From Perkinsela sp. CCAP 1560/9 (Eukaryota > Protista > Euglenozoa: Kinetoplastea): a DNA stretch of 64,000 bases. The stretch is from assembly GCA_965644495.1 (NCBI GenBank), contig CBFFSA010000041.1, forward strand, positions 1 through 64,000, written 5' to 3'. The notes beneath the pieces were generated by a model, which saw only the letters and a list, made by a program, of their open reading frames with translations, had not been told where the DNA came from and ran no database searches. Positions 12,501-23,283 of the stretch are shown here, piece by piece (positions within the stretch are counted from its first letter, which is position 1; every line of letters begins with the position of its first letter). The translations under genes and the position numbers were made by a program.

Positions 12501-14374
12501 TAGAAGGCGTAAAAGCAAAGGATTGTGAGGCTATCGAGAGTGTATCTGTACTGTGAAAATGATTTCGTACAGCTATCAAGCCTTTTTGTGGAGAATCTCC
12601 GAAAACGGGAAAGTCCTTCTTATGTTCTCCAAGCATGGTTCTAATTGCTTTAAAAGCGGATTTAGGTTTTCGCTTTAAATCTTTCTCGATATTGTTGCAT
12701 TCAGAAATAATACATTCGTTCATTTCATTTGAATAGCGTTGTTCGCATACCTTAAATTTTTCCTTGTTTTTTGCGAGCCGTATTATTGACCCTAAGTTGA
12801 GATTATGAGTATTTGGTGATTTCTTTTCCTCAACGCTGCTAGCTAGTTTTGGAAGAGTTTTCGATGCAGCGATCAATGAGGAAGAGAATCTGCCCCATCG
12901 ATTAGTTTCTTCGGATTCTTTCTGGGATCTTTTACATGGAGCACGCATAGCTGCTTTGACACTTGCATTAAATTTTTGACTTGTTTCTGAATTTTTAAGA
13001 GAGTCCCAATATGGCCTATCCTCCTGTTCTCTGGCCTTGGTTTTCCAACGAATTTGGAAATTTACAATGACTGCACAATGGGGTGTCGGACAAGGGGCCA
13101 TCATTACTCGTTGTAAACGTACAGCTGAACAAAAGCGCGAATTAAAAACTATGTGATCTAATTGTTTTGTCTTCCCGTCTGGGTTTTTTCTGGTTGGTGG
13201 AAAACGAAAAGTCCATTTCCGAGGCGAGGTACAGGTCTCGTGGGCTGATTTCGCACCCAAACTCTCAAGAAACTCTCTTAAAGCCTTAGCTCTCTTTGAC
13301 GAGCATTTTCGGCCCGACGGATTCTGTAGAGGAGCGTTAAAGTCACCACAGATAATTTTTAGTGCTGCATTAGACTCGTGCCAAGCGTCAAACAGTGACT
13401 TATTAAAATCCTCCTGAATATCTTGTTTTGAAGAAGCAATGGGGGAATAAACATTGAATAGCGTTGCTTTTGTGCTTCCAAAACGAACCGTCCCTTTCAT
13501 AATTCTGTCAGAGACCTTTTCAACAAATAATTGCATGCGGCTAATAAATGCCATACCATTATATCCATTTATTGCGCTCATAAGATATACATGTAGCCAA
13601 ATGCCTTCAATATAGAGTTTACGATGAACTATCGGTTCGCTGCTTTCAAAAGTGAGCCTAGTTTCTTGCAATCCAAAGATAGGAGCCTTACAGCTCTTCA
13701 TAAAAACAACCACCTTTTGCAATCTGAGACACTTCCGCAGAGCGTTTACATCAGCGCTTTTAACCTTCAACGTGTCAATATTTAAGGTACCGATATTCAA
13801 CCCCTCGTTCATAGCTGATATCATGGGCTTCTGCTCTCGGACGCCGCGCCGAGAGCAGCATTTGCGATTCCTAAACCTTTTGCGATATACCTTTACCTTC
13901 AGAGTTGCTACTTTTCCGCCTTGAATTAAAATTCGGGAATCCTTCGGAGGGAATGGAAAAAGACAATCCTTAGCTACATCGTATCTGATCAGGCTGGACC
14001 CGTTCCCACACGATATAACCGTCCCTTCCCATAGCCTCGTACACTTATCATACGTAGTACACCACGCGACAGCAAAGCGCTTCCCTGAAGATAAAGATAA
14101 AGCCAGCCGGCTCAGGGCCCGCGGCCGGAGTAAAGCTACTCCCTCTCTCTGCCGAGGAGGCAAAAAGAGGTTTCCCCGCTTGAACGTGGCCCTTCGAAGT
14201 TTGTCCTGGATCAAAAGCAAAGATTCAAAGGGTCCGGACGCCTCCGCCCGAATTTTATCAATTTCCATTAATAAAATTTACAAGCTTAATAAAATTTACA
14301 AGCTTAATAAAATTTACAAGCTTAATAAAATTTACAAGCTTAATAAAATTTACAAGCTTAATAAAATTTACAAG
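9544..14374 (-). mobile_element. APE-RT-RNase H element Y, full length, (GTT)n tail, 5' 18-bp array
   Basis: (CAA)n at 9542-9567 on +, 3' UTR 9568-9999, intact ORF; inserted in X with target deletion instead of TSD. Confidence 0.88.
10000..14268 (-). CDS. Y polyprotein (1422 aa): N-terminal small domain, APE endonuclease, RT, RNase H, basic tail
   Basis: APE motifs TLNI, LQET, NVYSP, GDFNA, QLDHI; RT QGDVLAP, YADD; RNase H YTDGS..VEL..HTDS..VRAHEGNPHNEIAD. Confidence 0.92.
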   Translation of the reverse strand: MEIDKIRAEASGPFESLLLIQDKLRRATFKRGNLFLPPRQREGVALLRPRALSRLALSLSSGKRFAVAWCTTYDKCTRLWEGTVISCGNGSSLIRYDVAKDCLFPFPPKDSRILIQGGKVATLKVKVYRKRFRNRKCCSRRGVREQKPMISAMNEGLNIGTLNIDTLKVKSADVNALRKCLRLQKVVVFMKSCKAPIFGLQETRLTFESSEPIVHRKLYIEGIWLHVYLMSAINGYNGMAFISRMQLFVEKVSDRIMKGTVRFGSTKATLFNVYSPIASSKQDIQEDFNKSLFDAWHESNAALKIICGDFNAPLQNPSGRKCSSKRAKALREFLESLGAKSAHETCTSPRKWTFRFPPTRKNPDGKTKQLDHIVFNSRFCSAVRLQRVMMAPCPTPHCAVIVNFQIRWKTKAREQEDRPYWDSLKNSETSQKFNASVKAAMRAPCKRSQKESEETNRWGRFSSSLIAASKTLPKLASSVEEKKSPNTHNLNLGSIIRLAKNKEKFKVCEQRYSNEMNECIISECNNIEKDLKRKPKSAFKAIRTMLGEHKKDFPVFGDSPQKGLIAVRNHFHSTDTLSIASQSFAFTPSSKCKIPILDEMFTKVELMDAISKMKYGKCPGADNIPAEVLRSIVQEDELSSILLEIMNEIYLTGASPDSWKTILQIPIPKKGNLSEIINWRPVCIVNHVVKLLNRMVLTRIQPAVESMLRPNQFGFRPHHSTNGAQAVFNEISSKAMRGSGVVVGFVDFKQAFPSVTWQAIRAALQAFGIPENLERVIMSIYTDLRAYIRTPYGNTEEFPISTGTLQGDVLAPYIFIMVLDRVLETAIDKNSYGLVTHSTGTKSRGEKAIRISDVNYADDIALFAHTKQELGNMLEKLAEVAGKVNLKMNMGINKTAWMTIGKCPDTNEELVLPSLGLIPKVKTYRYLGNATNPEDNLSTPRDRIRLGWYTMHRLRPVWNSPLSILCRTRIFQTLVMPVISYGCSTWKISTSDLLKMDTEISKMRRIVCCVHKSWDGQRSMRLESLYQGENKLSTVSKCQRASSIGHLVRHSPVFCNTMSWRDEDSSKNRSVSELCAKDLNLSTAEMLYYPVSRTSWAKKVDQLRDRLEPRPSYTQFNKSGWERKISAITNTKASQFVEEGPKPYARRKGELHIYTDGSLSTKKGASVGGSGFYILGQGFDQVMVSKKPPEDIESTITAVELYAVIEALQFSKDYGTDIVVHTDSHYIWEFFHIHRHRNRLIGFSDFQNPEILRKLCNICIKIESGSKNLFCVKVRAHEGNPHNEIADWLSKEAGTLDHTNAVTYRRCSGNVIGKRLISTREGIDNHPAGKRNPNPSKEKYPPKEKFQTKRDTKVKTKESSKNDVMNNIPKRTRSEDPERLKLQRNNKNQKAQTNIDGKSEIKPKLRSPQTKRKHSTERVSRD

Positions 14375-14375
14375 C
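14268..14375. repeat. 6 x 18-bp tandem array (TTAATAAAATTTACAAGC) at the 5' end of Y
   Basis: Directly readable perfect repeat abutting the Y ATG. Confidence 0.97.
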
Positions 14376-17300
14376 TCTCTTGGGCCTTTCTATTTACACT
14401 CTCTTGGGCCTTTCTTCGAAACAGTGAAAATCGTCAAGCATTTATTACCAAAGTTCACTCTCAATCTGAGAAGGGGGGTAATATCAAGCAAGGGTGGGAA
14501 CGACTTTCGAACAGTATAATAACCGCCGCCAAAAATTTTAAGAAGCCACAAAAACGTACGATAAACAGAGAACCTATTAAGCATGTGAAGATAAATAACC
14601 TGCGGGGCCTTTATCAGAGAAGCAGACAGAAGACTACGTTTAATGAGTTAATAAAAGAACATAAAAAAGATATTGAACAGACCATTTCGGAAGAATGCTT
14701 AGAACTTGAGAACAAGCTTCGCAAGAATCACTCAAATCCATGGAGAACTCTTCGGCAAATATGTGGACAATACCGTACTCAGTTCAATACAAATGGTGAG
14801 ACGCGTGATATGAAACTACAAGCGATCGGTGAACATTTCTTAAAATTCAGTAATTATGATGCAGGAGATCCAAATATCAGTTTCGACCCTATTCCACCAT
14901 TATTCGTGCCGATCGAGGGTGGCCCATTTATTGTTGAGGAGTTGACTTTGTCAGTGAAGCATTTTGGGAGAGGACGAGCACCCGGAAGCGACGGAATACC
15001 TATGGAGGCCCTACAAGCTATCGCAAGTCACGAAGTTCTAAGAGAGCATCTTTTAGGTATAATAAACAAAGTTTATGAGACCGGGTCTACGGATGAAGCT
15101 TGGCGAATGACACTCCAGATACCCATACCAAAGAAAGGGGATCTCACTGACATTTCAAACTGGAGGCCGATATGTGTGGTGAATAGCGTTGTTAAACTGA
15201 TGAATCACATGATTCTTTCACGCATTCGGCCCAGCGTAGAAGGTTTCCTACGCGATAATCAGTATGGGTTTCGGCCAAACAGATCTACAGCTGGCGCCCA
15301 AATCATTATGAACGAGGTTAAAACCAAGGCTTTTCGAAAAGACGGAATAATGGTAGCCTTTGTAGATTTTGCTAAAGCATTTCCCTCCGTATCCTTTGCT
15401 GCTATAAAAGCCTGCCTAAATGCTTTCCGAGTTGGCAATCGATTGTCCACCACAATCTTGTCCATCTATCGCGACTTGAAAGGAACAGTTCGAACGCCGT
15501 TTGGTAATACTGAACCTTTTCCAATCACCACAGGGATTCTACAAGGGGATGTATTAGCTCCCTATCTATTCGTTATGGTGATGGACAGGATTCTACACAA
15601 GGCTCTCGACGACGGATCAGATGGTGTTCTTCTGAAATCTAGAGGTACACGAAAGCGAGGGTTAAACGAAAAACGACTGAGTGATATCGATTATGCCGAC
15701 GACGTCGCGCTATTTAGTGATTCGAGGGAAGGTTTGCAAAATATGATAAACAGCGTTTCTCGGGAAGCAGTCAAAGCTAATCTACGACTTGCGGTTGGTC
15801 AAACGAAAACTGCATGGATGTCTTTTGGTAAAGTTGCACGTTCCGAAAACGACCCCGTCATCTACAACAACAACTTGGAGGTACCAAAGGTGGGGTCATA
15901 CAGGCATCTGGGGCAACGTCAAGATCAAGATTTTTCTTCCACCGTAAAAGATCGATTAAAGCTTGCATTGGGATCACTCCATCGTTTAAATGGAATTTGG
16001 TCTTCTCCTCTAAGTGAAGGGATGAAACTTCGACTTTATGATGCCTTAGTTTACCCTGTGCTGAATTTTGGAATGGGAGCAGTTCATATTTCTCAAAAGG
16101 AGCTCCGTAAAATTGATATTGAGGTCAACACAATGAGAAGAATTGCCACCCGTTCAAACAAAGTTGATGAGTACGGGTTATGCTACCCCAACGCTTCTCT
16201 CTATGTTAATACCGACCGGTTTTCTACTATTCATAAAGTACAGCGAGCAAAACTGGTGGGACATATGATCCGTCATTCTTCAGACTTTCGGGAACTGATT
16301 CAATGGAAACAACGTAGCAACGCTAGATTACCTTCCCCAAGTGAAGCTTGTGTTAAAGATCTTGGCATTACTATTGAACAAGCATTGGTTTACGCCATGG
16401 ACCGCGAGCATTGGTTCAGAATTACAGAACAACTTCGTGACAACCTTGAACCAGCTGCAACCTATATAAAATCTGGCACGCAAAAGTGGAGAACCGCCGT
16501 CACAAAAGCCAAGAAGACTAAAGACTTGCGCGAGTTACAGTATATTGAAGAGTCAACGGATCCTTTCCCTAACTTTAAAGCTATGCAGATATATACGGAT
16601 GCTTCTATTAAGAGTATGGTTAGTTCTCAGGAAATTCGAAGTGGCGCTGGTATTGTGGTTATACCAACGAAAAAAGATCCAATAAGATGTTCAATCCCAC
16701 TGGAAGTTACAACAATTGAGAGAGCAGAACTTCAATCGTTTTATTTAGCTCTCAACAAATTGCCAGAAAATTCATGCGCGTGCTTGTTTCACACAGATTC
16801 GCATTACGTTTGGGACTTCTTTCACAATTTACGAAATAAACGGCGCATTGTGGGATACACTGGGACAAAAAATGGCGACCTAATGTATGATGTGGACGCA
16901 AAGCTCAGGTTACTAAAATTCCATTCGTATAATATATATTTGTGCAAGGTAAAGGCGCACATTGGAAACAAATGGAATGAGGAGGCAGATGGTCTAGCAC
17001 TTTTGGCATCACGAAAAGTGGCACGGGCTCCGACCCAAAAAAGGAGAAAAACGACTGCTAACTCGGAGGATAGTGAGAATTCACAACCGTTATGGTCTTT
17101 GAAAGCCTTACTCAAAAGGAAGTCCCTTGGAAATAAGCAAGCACGAGACATTCCATCATCCAAGCGCGAAGCTGAGGCGGAAGGGGTATTTCGAGGGAAG
17201 GTTGCGAGAGCTGGCGGTAATAGGAAACCGTCTAAGTAAGGAGAGAATTGATGGAATTATTTCTTTGCCAACTTAGAATACCTTGAGGATTATTCATAGG

Positions 17301-17620
17301 TTATCGGAAAAATATTGTTTGTTTGTACCGTATCAGACACATATAAACTCTGAACGTGGAAGCGATAGATGAAAGCTTTCAAGGTGTAAACATTAAGTTT
17401 TTCAACCGACTTTACGTCGGTCTTTTGGATTGGATTGGATATATTGGGACCCTTACGGAAAAGCAGGCTACAAATAAATTGTATGCCGAATTGAATGTGA
17501 CCCTCATGCGAGCACAGGCTCGTATGATGGTTACACGCATGGCTGTGCCCGACCCGAACGAGCCCATCACGGAAGGATAGTGTCGGACCCAACGGATCCT
17601 ATGGTGGTGACATAGGCCAC

Positions 17621-17850
17621 GGGTGCTGGTCGGGTCGACAGAGTCTATGCTCACGCCTAGCCCGCGAGGGCTAGGTACCCCAAGTGAGGTAGTACACGGG
17701 TAGTGAATCTCCTCCCCGTCGGCCAGCATCCTGTTTCGCGACCGTGTCGCTGTCGACACAGGCCCGCGCCTGCGCCCTCCCATATAGCAAGGGAAGGGTT
17801 CACAAGTCAGGCCGTGGAGTGGTCGAAAGACCCGGTCCGGAACGCGCGGA
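17621..17850 (+). ncRNA. Conserved structured 3' UTR module (A copy 1); further copies at 27653-27881, 28200-28388 (partial), 32281-32514, 36858-37086, 44292-44520, 44760-44988, 54710-54938 and 63700-63930
   Basis: Shared by five divergent families; several helices with compensatory changes and a GNRA-capped hairpin. Confidence 0.8.
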
Positions 17851-18044
17851 TGGATTGGGCGTGGATTGCTTCCTTTTTTATTATTATTGTTATCAGAATC
17901 ATAAATAGCTTAAGGCAGGTTGAATTACTAGTTTTGGGCCACAACATGTGAAATTGCTAATTTGATTGCTTGTTTACAAATGATATACCCCCCCCCCAAT
18001 GGACCTTCATGGTTCATGTATTGGGTAATAAAAAAAAAAAAAAA

Positions 18045-19577
18045 GCGGACGGGGTCCTGGGGTTTGGAGGTTGTCCCTATAATTTTGGAAGGTTATGGAT
18101 GTTAATCGGTTAACAGCTCTTTATTCTCACGCCTTGTTTTTTCGGAAGCAAGGTTCCCCAATGTGAGGTAGAGATGAGTAAAGGTTTCCTTTGCTCTGCG
18201 GTTAGCGCCTTAATGTTTTTTAGCCGCGTCACTGTTGACACGGCCCTACGCATCACGCCTAGTTGCTCTACACTTCTAGGTACACAAGTTGGTCTAGGGC
18301 AGGGGTTAAAAGCGTAACCTGCGTAGCTCGTGTGAGCTTGTAAAGGGCGTGGCAGTGGACTGGTCATCTATTGCTATCGTTATCCTTTTGTGAGTTCTGG
18401 GATGGTATATGAAAAATTATTTTACTATGTGATTGGGCATTTCTTTGTTATTTTATTTTGATTGTGTGACGTGTGTGTGGGCAGGTTGGCCGAGGGTTCC
18501 GGTGGGGGGGAACCCCGTTAACAACGTGACACATTATTATTGGTTCTATGCAGGCTTTCTTTTGAACTATGTTTGTGCATGTGAATTCTATCTATATATC
18601 GTATTATGTGTTCTTTGATTTTGGGACGATTTGGAAGTGTGATTATATTAGTCATATGTATTTACTTTATATGTATTTATTTTTTTGAGGCTTTTGGGAG
18701 ATATGATTCAGGTACGTAATCACCTCCAGGCTCTTATTCTGTTGCTATCTGGTTTTTGATCGAACTACGGCACTGCCCGGTACCAAACATAACAAGGTAC
18801 TAAACAACTAGGGTGAGTGACCTGCATGCTTATTTTCATGTTTTCTTATTCTACATTTCACATTGTAGATTCTTTTATTGCTGTCCGGTTTCGATTTGAT
18901 TGTGGCACCATCCGGTACCGAATATAACAAGGTACTACACAACTAGGGTGACTGCCACACAGGATTTTTTTTCGGTTCGCGAGGCGAGTGAGTGTTCCTT
19001 ATTGTAAGACCTTTCCTTATTGTAAGACCTTTCCTTATTGTAAGACCTTTCCTTATTGTAAGACCTTTCCTTATTGTAAGATTTACTTATATTTGTTTGT
19101 TACTTATAAGTTTCATGGAGCCCCCTCGGCTTGGATTTCTAATAGTCCACGTTTTGAAATTTAGCCGAGGGGCTGTTATATATTTGCCTGCTGGCCCTTC
19201 GTGGCACATAGTTTCTTCGAATTATGATTTGTATTCAGAATTTTACATGGGATGGGTATTTACTATTATCTTATATATCCTTGTTAGGTTGTTATTTTAC
19301 TTTGCTTTAAGTTTTTGTGCCCACCCACCAAGCCCCCAGCCATTTGGCCGAGGGTTCCGGTGGGGGGGAATCCCGTTAACAACGTGACACATTATTATTG
19401 GTTTTATGCAGGCTTTCTTTTGAACTATGTTTGTGCATGTGAATTCTATCTATATATCGTATTATGTGTTCTTTGATTTTGGGACGATTTGGAAGTGTGA
19501 TTATATTAGTCATAGGTATTTACTTATATTTGTTTGTTACTTATAAGTTTCATGGAGCCCCCTCGGCGTGGATTTCA
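18045..19577. repeat. AT-rich non-coding segment with internal direct repeats (18486-18666~19343-19524; 18777-18820~18912-18951; 19081-19139~19518-19576)
   Basis: Visible near-identical blocks; no credible ORF. Confidence 0.7.
18995..19081. repeat. ~4.8 x 18-bp tandem array (TTCCTTATTGTAAGACCT)
   Basis: Directly readable perfect repeat. Confidence 0.95.
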
Positions 19578-22016
19578 CAAGTAAAAATCTTCGCATTCAT
19601 CGACGACATAAACCTAGCATCTGAGGACCAACTTTGAACACATGGAAGCGGGAGAACATCTTAGTGAGGCACAACGTCTGGAATTGGAAATCGACCGTCG
19701 CTCGATAAGGAATGCACTACAAGCGGCCAAGGCGGACAACCTCAGCAAGGCAACAAGAATTCTAGACAATATATACAAAGATTCATTCCTCAATGCTGAT
19801 GAGAAGTCGAACAAGCTTAGCGACCTTCACCCCAAAGGTCCCTTACCACAAAACATCGATGGAGACTTCCCTCGAATCGGGGTAGTTGATCAATCGGAGT
19901 TGCGTCAAGCGACGGCAAGGCTATCAAAAGGATCATCGCCAGGGCCCACAGGATTCAGTGAAAACATGATGAGACTTCTAGTAGAGGATGAGGAATCGTG
20001 TCTCGCACTCTGTCACATGTTCCGCGACGTCATCAACGGAGATCTCGCAGAAAACGTTCGTCAACGCCTAACTCGCTGCAGGATCATCGCGTTAGCAAAA
20101 CCTCAGAACGGGATACGACCAGTGGCAATGGGAGACACTATCCTCAAGATCTGCGGAACGATTCTTTTAATGCGACACAGCAATACAGTGGTTCCAGAAG
20201 GTTTTCCATTACAGTGGTTCCAGAAGGCCCCTCCCTGCGCTACCCAACCACTTCCATTAGAATCTTTGGGGGTAAACTTTCGGACGGATGCCATTAAGAT
20301 TCTTGGTGCTTACATTGGCGCGGACCAGGTGGTAGAAAGTTTGCTTCTTCAAAAACTCGAGAAACACAAATGTCTGTTCCGCAGACTCCTAAAGATGGGT
20401 CCGAGCAACCTCTCACTGGCCATTTTGCGACGCTGTACAATTCCGCGACACGATTATCATCTTCGCGTACACAGACCGAATGCCACTCTTCATTTAGCGC
20501 ATGTTTTCGACACAGAGGTGGGTAAGGTCTTGGAAAAGTGGTGCGGAGCTGACTCCAATGCTTTGCAACTCGCAGCACTTCCAAAAAAATTTGGTGGTTT
20601 AGGTATCACATCCACGATTCTGAAACACAAGTACTTCTTTGAAGCTGCCCAAACATCTATCGAAGAGCACCCAAAACCCATTAACGCTCCGGTAGGTTAT
20701 AAAGGTAGCGACAAAGGTCAGAAGAAAATGCAGGATCGAAAAGAGGTGGCACGAAAACTTCTGAAGAAGAACTTAAACACGGAGTATGAAAAGCAAGTCG
20801 CAGAACTTAAGAAACATTCGCATTTAGAGCTCATTCTGAACCGAAGCAAAGAAGCGAACTTACATTTAGAGAGTACGAATAACTATGTGAATCCTTACCT
20901 TTTCCGCTACACCCTAATGATGCGACTTGGAATAAGTCTACCGAAAGCGCCAATAAACGTCGTATGCCCGGGATGCTGTGGTCCAGAAACATCTTTTAGT
21001 ATTATTCCACATATCGCAGGATGCTCGAGATGCTCAGGTATGAACTGCACTCGTAAACACTCTCACATCGTGCGCTATCTAGCTGACTTGTGCGCGAAGG
21101 CAGGACTTCCGTGTGTTATCGAACCGCGAATTCACTCCTCATTTTATTGTACAAAGTGTAAATGCTCTATTTCTGCGGAGGTTTCTGACCAACATCCATG
21201 TAAGGCGCGCAGGATTCGATCTGGCCCCGACCTCGCTATCATGTGGCCCCATATGGGAGAAGTCCTCTATGATTTCACAGTGGTTCACACTTGCTGCAAC
21301 AGTTACAAGAAACAAACAAGCAACTACCTACTGCAGCAAGCCCAGGAAAGGAAGTTCAAGAAATATGTGACAGAGAAAGGTGTGGACAGTGAGGCATTTC
21401 GTTGCATCGCCGCCTCAGATTGTGGTGTGTTGCACAACGACACAAAACAACTATTAAAGGCGTTGGCTCAGCGCGCGAATCGAAAATATGAAAACGTGCG
21501 TGAGGCTTTTCAGCTGGAACTTGAAAAGCTATCGGCTTACACGGTAGTGTCTCAACTCCGAGATTACATCACCGATGAAAAGTGGATTGGGAGTTTACGA
21601 CTCTAAAAGAGTTCACTACCACACGTATATCTCCGTACAAATAAGTATTGATTAGTTGCCTTCGAATATATTAGGTCCTTTCGAATGTATTAGATACTGC
21701 TACTTCTGCATTGATTCTTCATCACGTTTGACAACAATTGGCGCGTATACAATAATTGATCCGGGAACTGTTCTTTTTTACTTTGAGGCTTTGCTGGTTT
21801 CGAGGGGACAAGTGTCATCCATGCTGTTTTATGCTGTTTTATGTGGTCCAACATATATTCGATTATTGAAAATTGTTGATCTTACCATGTGAATGGAACG
21901 ATGCGTATTGCATCGGTACACGAACATTGCCCCGTAGTTTGTTCAAATTAGTTTCTACGGATAGTTGCCGGGGATTTCCAGACGGCGAGTAAGTTCAAAA
22001 AAAAAAAAAAAAAAAA
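19578..22016 (+). pseudogene. Family G RLE element, 5'-truncated, with in-frame deletion of the RT core (ORF 19642-21606), poly(A) 21997-22016
   Basis: GIRPVAMGD is followed almost directly by the post-YxDD region (KILGAYIG); 18-bp duplication at the deletion junction (20184-20201/20210-20227). Confidence 0.85.
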
Positions 22017-22259
22017 GCGATGACCGTAAATTTCTGGTAGAGTGAAGTTCGAGTTGTGTCATCGCAACTTTCCTTTTGCGAGTGGAAAAAGGTTATAAGT
22101 CACTAGAGTAAAATAATGTATAGTATAGTATGCTAAAAGTATAATTACATGGTTCCCCCCGGAGGGGGCAAAATCAGGTACATATATGTATATGTGCCCC
22201 GTAGGGCCACGGTCAAAGAATAAATATTTTCTTCAAGCAATTCTTTCCGTAAACTCTAA

Positions 22260-22904
22260 GGATAACCGATCACCTAGGCGACCCTTGGAAACACGAAGGC
22301 AACACCAACAGACTATTAAGGACAGCACCCTCGGCGAACAAACGCCGACACGCTCTCAGCCAGCCCACCAGATCCAATCACCTCCAAAGCATTCCTCCGG
22401 CACAAAACCCATGACTAGCGAAACTGGTTGTTCCGAAGCACAATCGGACGGTAGGCGCGAAGACTTTGGCAACAGATATGCCCCACGAAACGGAAGCGAC
22501 AAGCCCCCACCACTTCCGCAGAGCGCTCCCAAACACCGCATCTGTCCTGCTGAAGGATGCGCCTGGCGCACGATTGCACATGGAGGGTCTTGGCAAGCAT
22601 TTTATAACCACGTAGCGTACCACCACAGTACCGGCGTCCCGGCTGCATGGTGGGCAGCGGAAGGCAAGTTCCTTTGTGAAACGTGCGGCAAACACTACAC
22701 GCTCAACCGTAAAACTACGCACCCGAAGACCTGCATCGGTCAATCAAGTCAAGCAGCACAAATGTCAGTAGATATTTTTTCGCAGCACTCCATCGTAACA
22801 GAAACCGCCGAATTACCTACTTTGGCAAGTGTCTGCACACTCGCGAAGAGCACATGTAAAGACGTGCCCCACCGATGCCGTCAGCTGTGGGCGGAGATCT
22901 TAAC
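22260..22904 (+). pseudogene. Family A internal fragment (zinc-finger region)
   Basis: Near-identical to 4974-5618. Confidence 0.9.
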
Positions 22905-23283
22905 CTCGGCAATTTTCTTCAACCTCGGCAATTTTCTTCATTTCAGTGCTCCGGATGCCAGAATAGTGTAACCGAGGAAAATCTCACAGAACACCAGCGC
23001 AGCTGTCGCGGCAGTGTCCGCAGATCTGGGCCCGACCTTATGATCTACTGGGCAGACGGTCCGATGTATTATGACCTAACTGTAGTTCACGAGTTTTCAG
23101 CAGCTCACATAAACAAAACGCCTCAAAAAATGATGAACGAAGTCATCACGAAGAAACGCGACCGTTACGTAACTTCTGGGATGATTGCGAATGATCGTTT
23201 CATGTGTATCCCTGTCCTTTCGGGTGGAGCGCTACATAAGCATACAAAACGTCTATTAACAGCTTTAGCAGATCGTTGCCTTA
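22902..23283 (+). pseudogene. Family H RLE-domain fragment (related to F)
   Basis: PRQFSSFQCSGC..H..C..RSGPDLMIYW..YYDLTVVH..KK..CIPVLSGGALH aligns by eye with the F C-terminus. Confidence 0.8.

Larger units (their letters stand above)
8389..17444 (+). mobile_element. APE-RT-RNase H element X copy 1, slightly 5'-truncated and split by Y; ORF pieces 8374-9543 and ~14399-17239; (TTGGA)n tail
   Basis: TSD TGGGACCCTTACGG at 8375-8388 and 17445-17458; near-identical to 56166-60484; about 84 bp of X is missing at the Y insertion site. Confidence 0.9.
4974..18044 (+). mobile_element. Family A RLE element copy 1: 5'-truncated, 23-bp insertion at 7897-7919, interrupted by X/Y (8389-17444), resumes at 17445, stop 17580, poly(A) 18030-18044
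   Basis: Near-identical to A copy 2 from 45727 onward; C2H2/CCHC fingers, RT (GVQQGDPLGP, WYLDDG), RLE (RPGD..VLDFAVTH). Confidence 0.9.

Noticed and set aside
17621-17850. HDV-like ribozyme, picornavirus IRES (AGGTACCCC) or SRP RNA identity for the 3' module
   Set aside because: Only short motif resemblances; I could not build the required topology by eye, so it is left unassigned.
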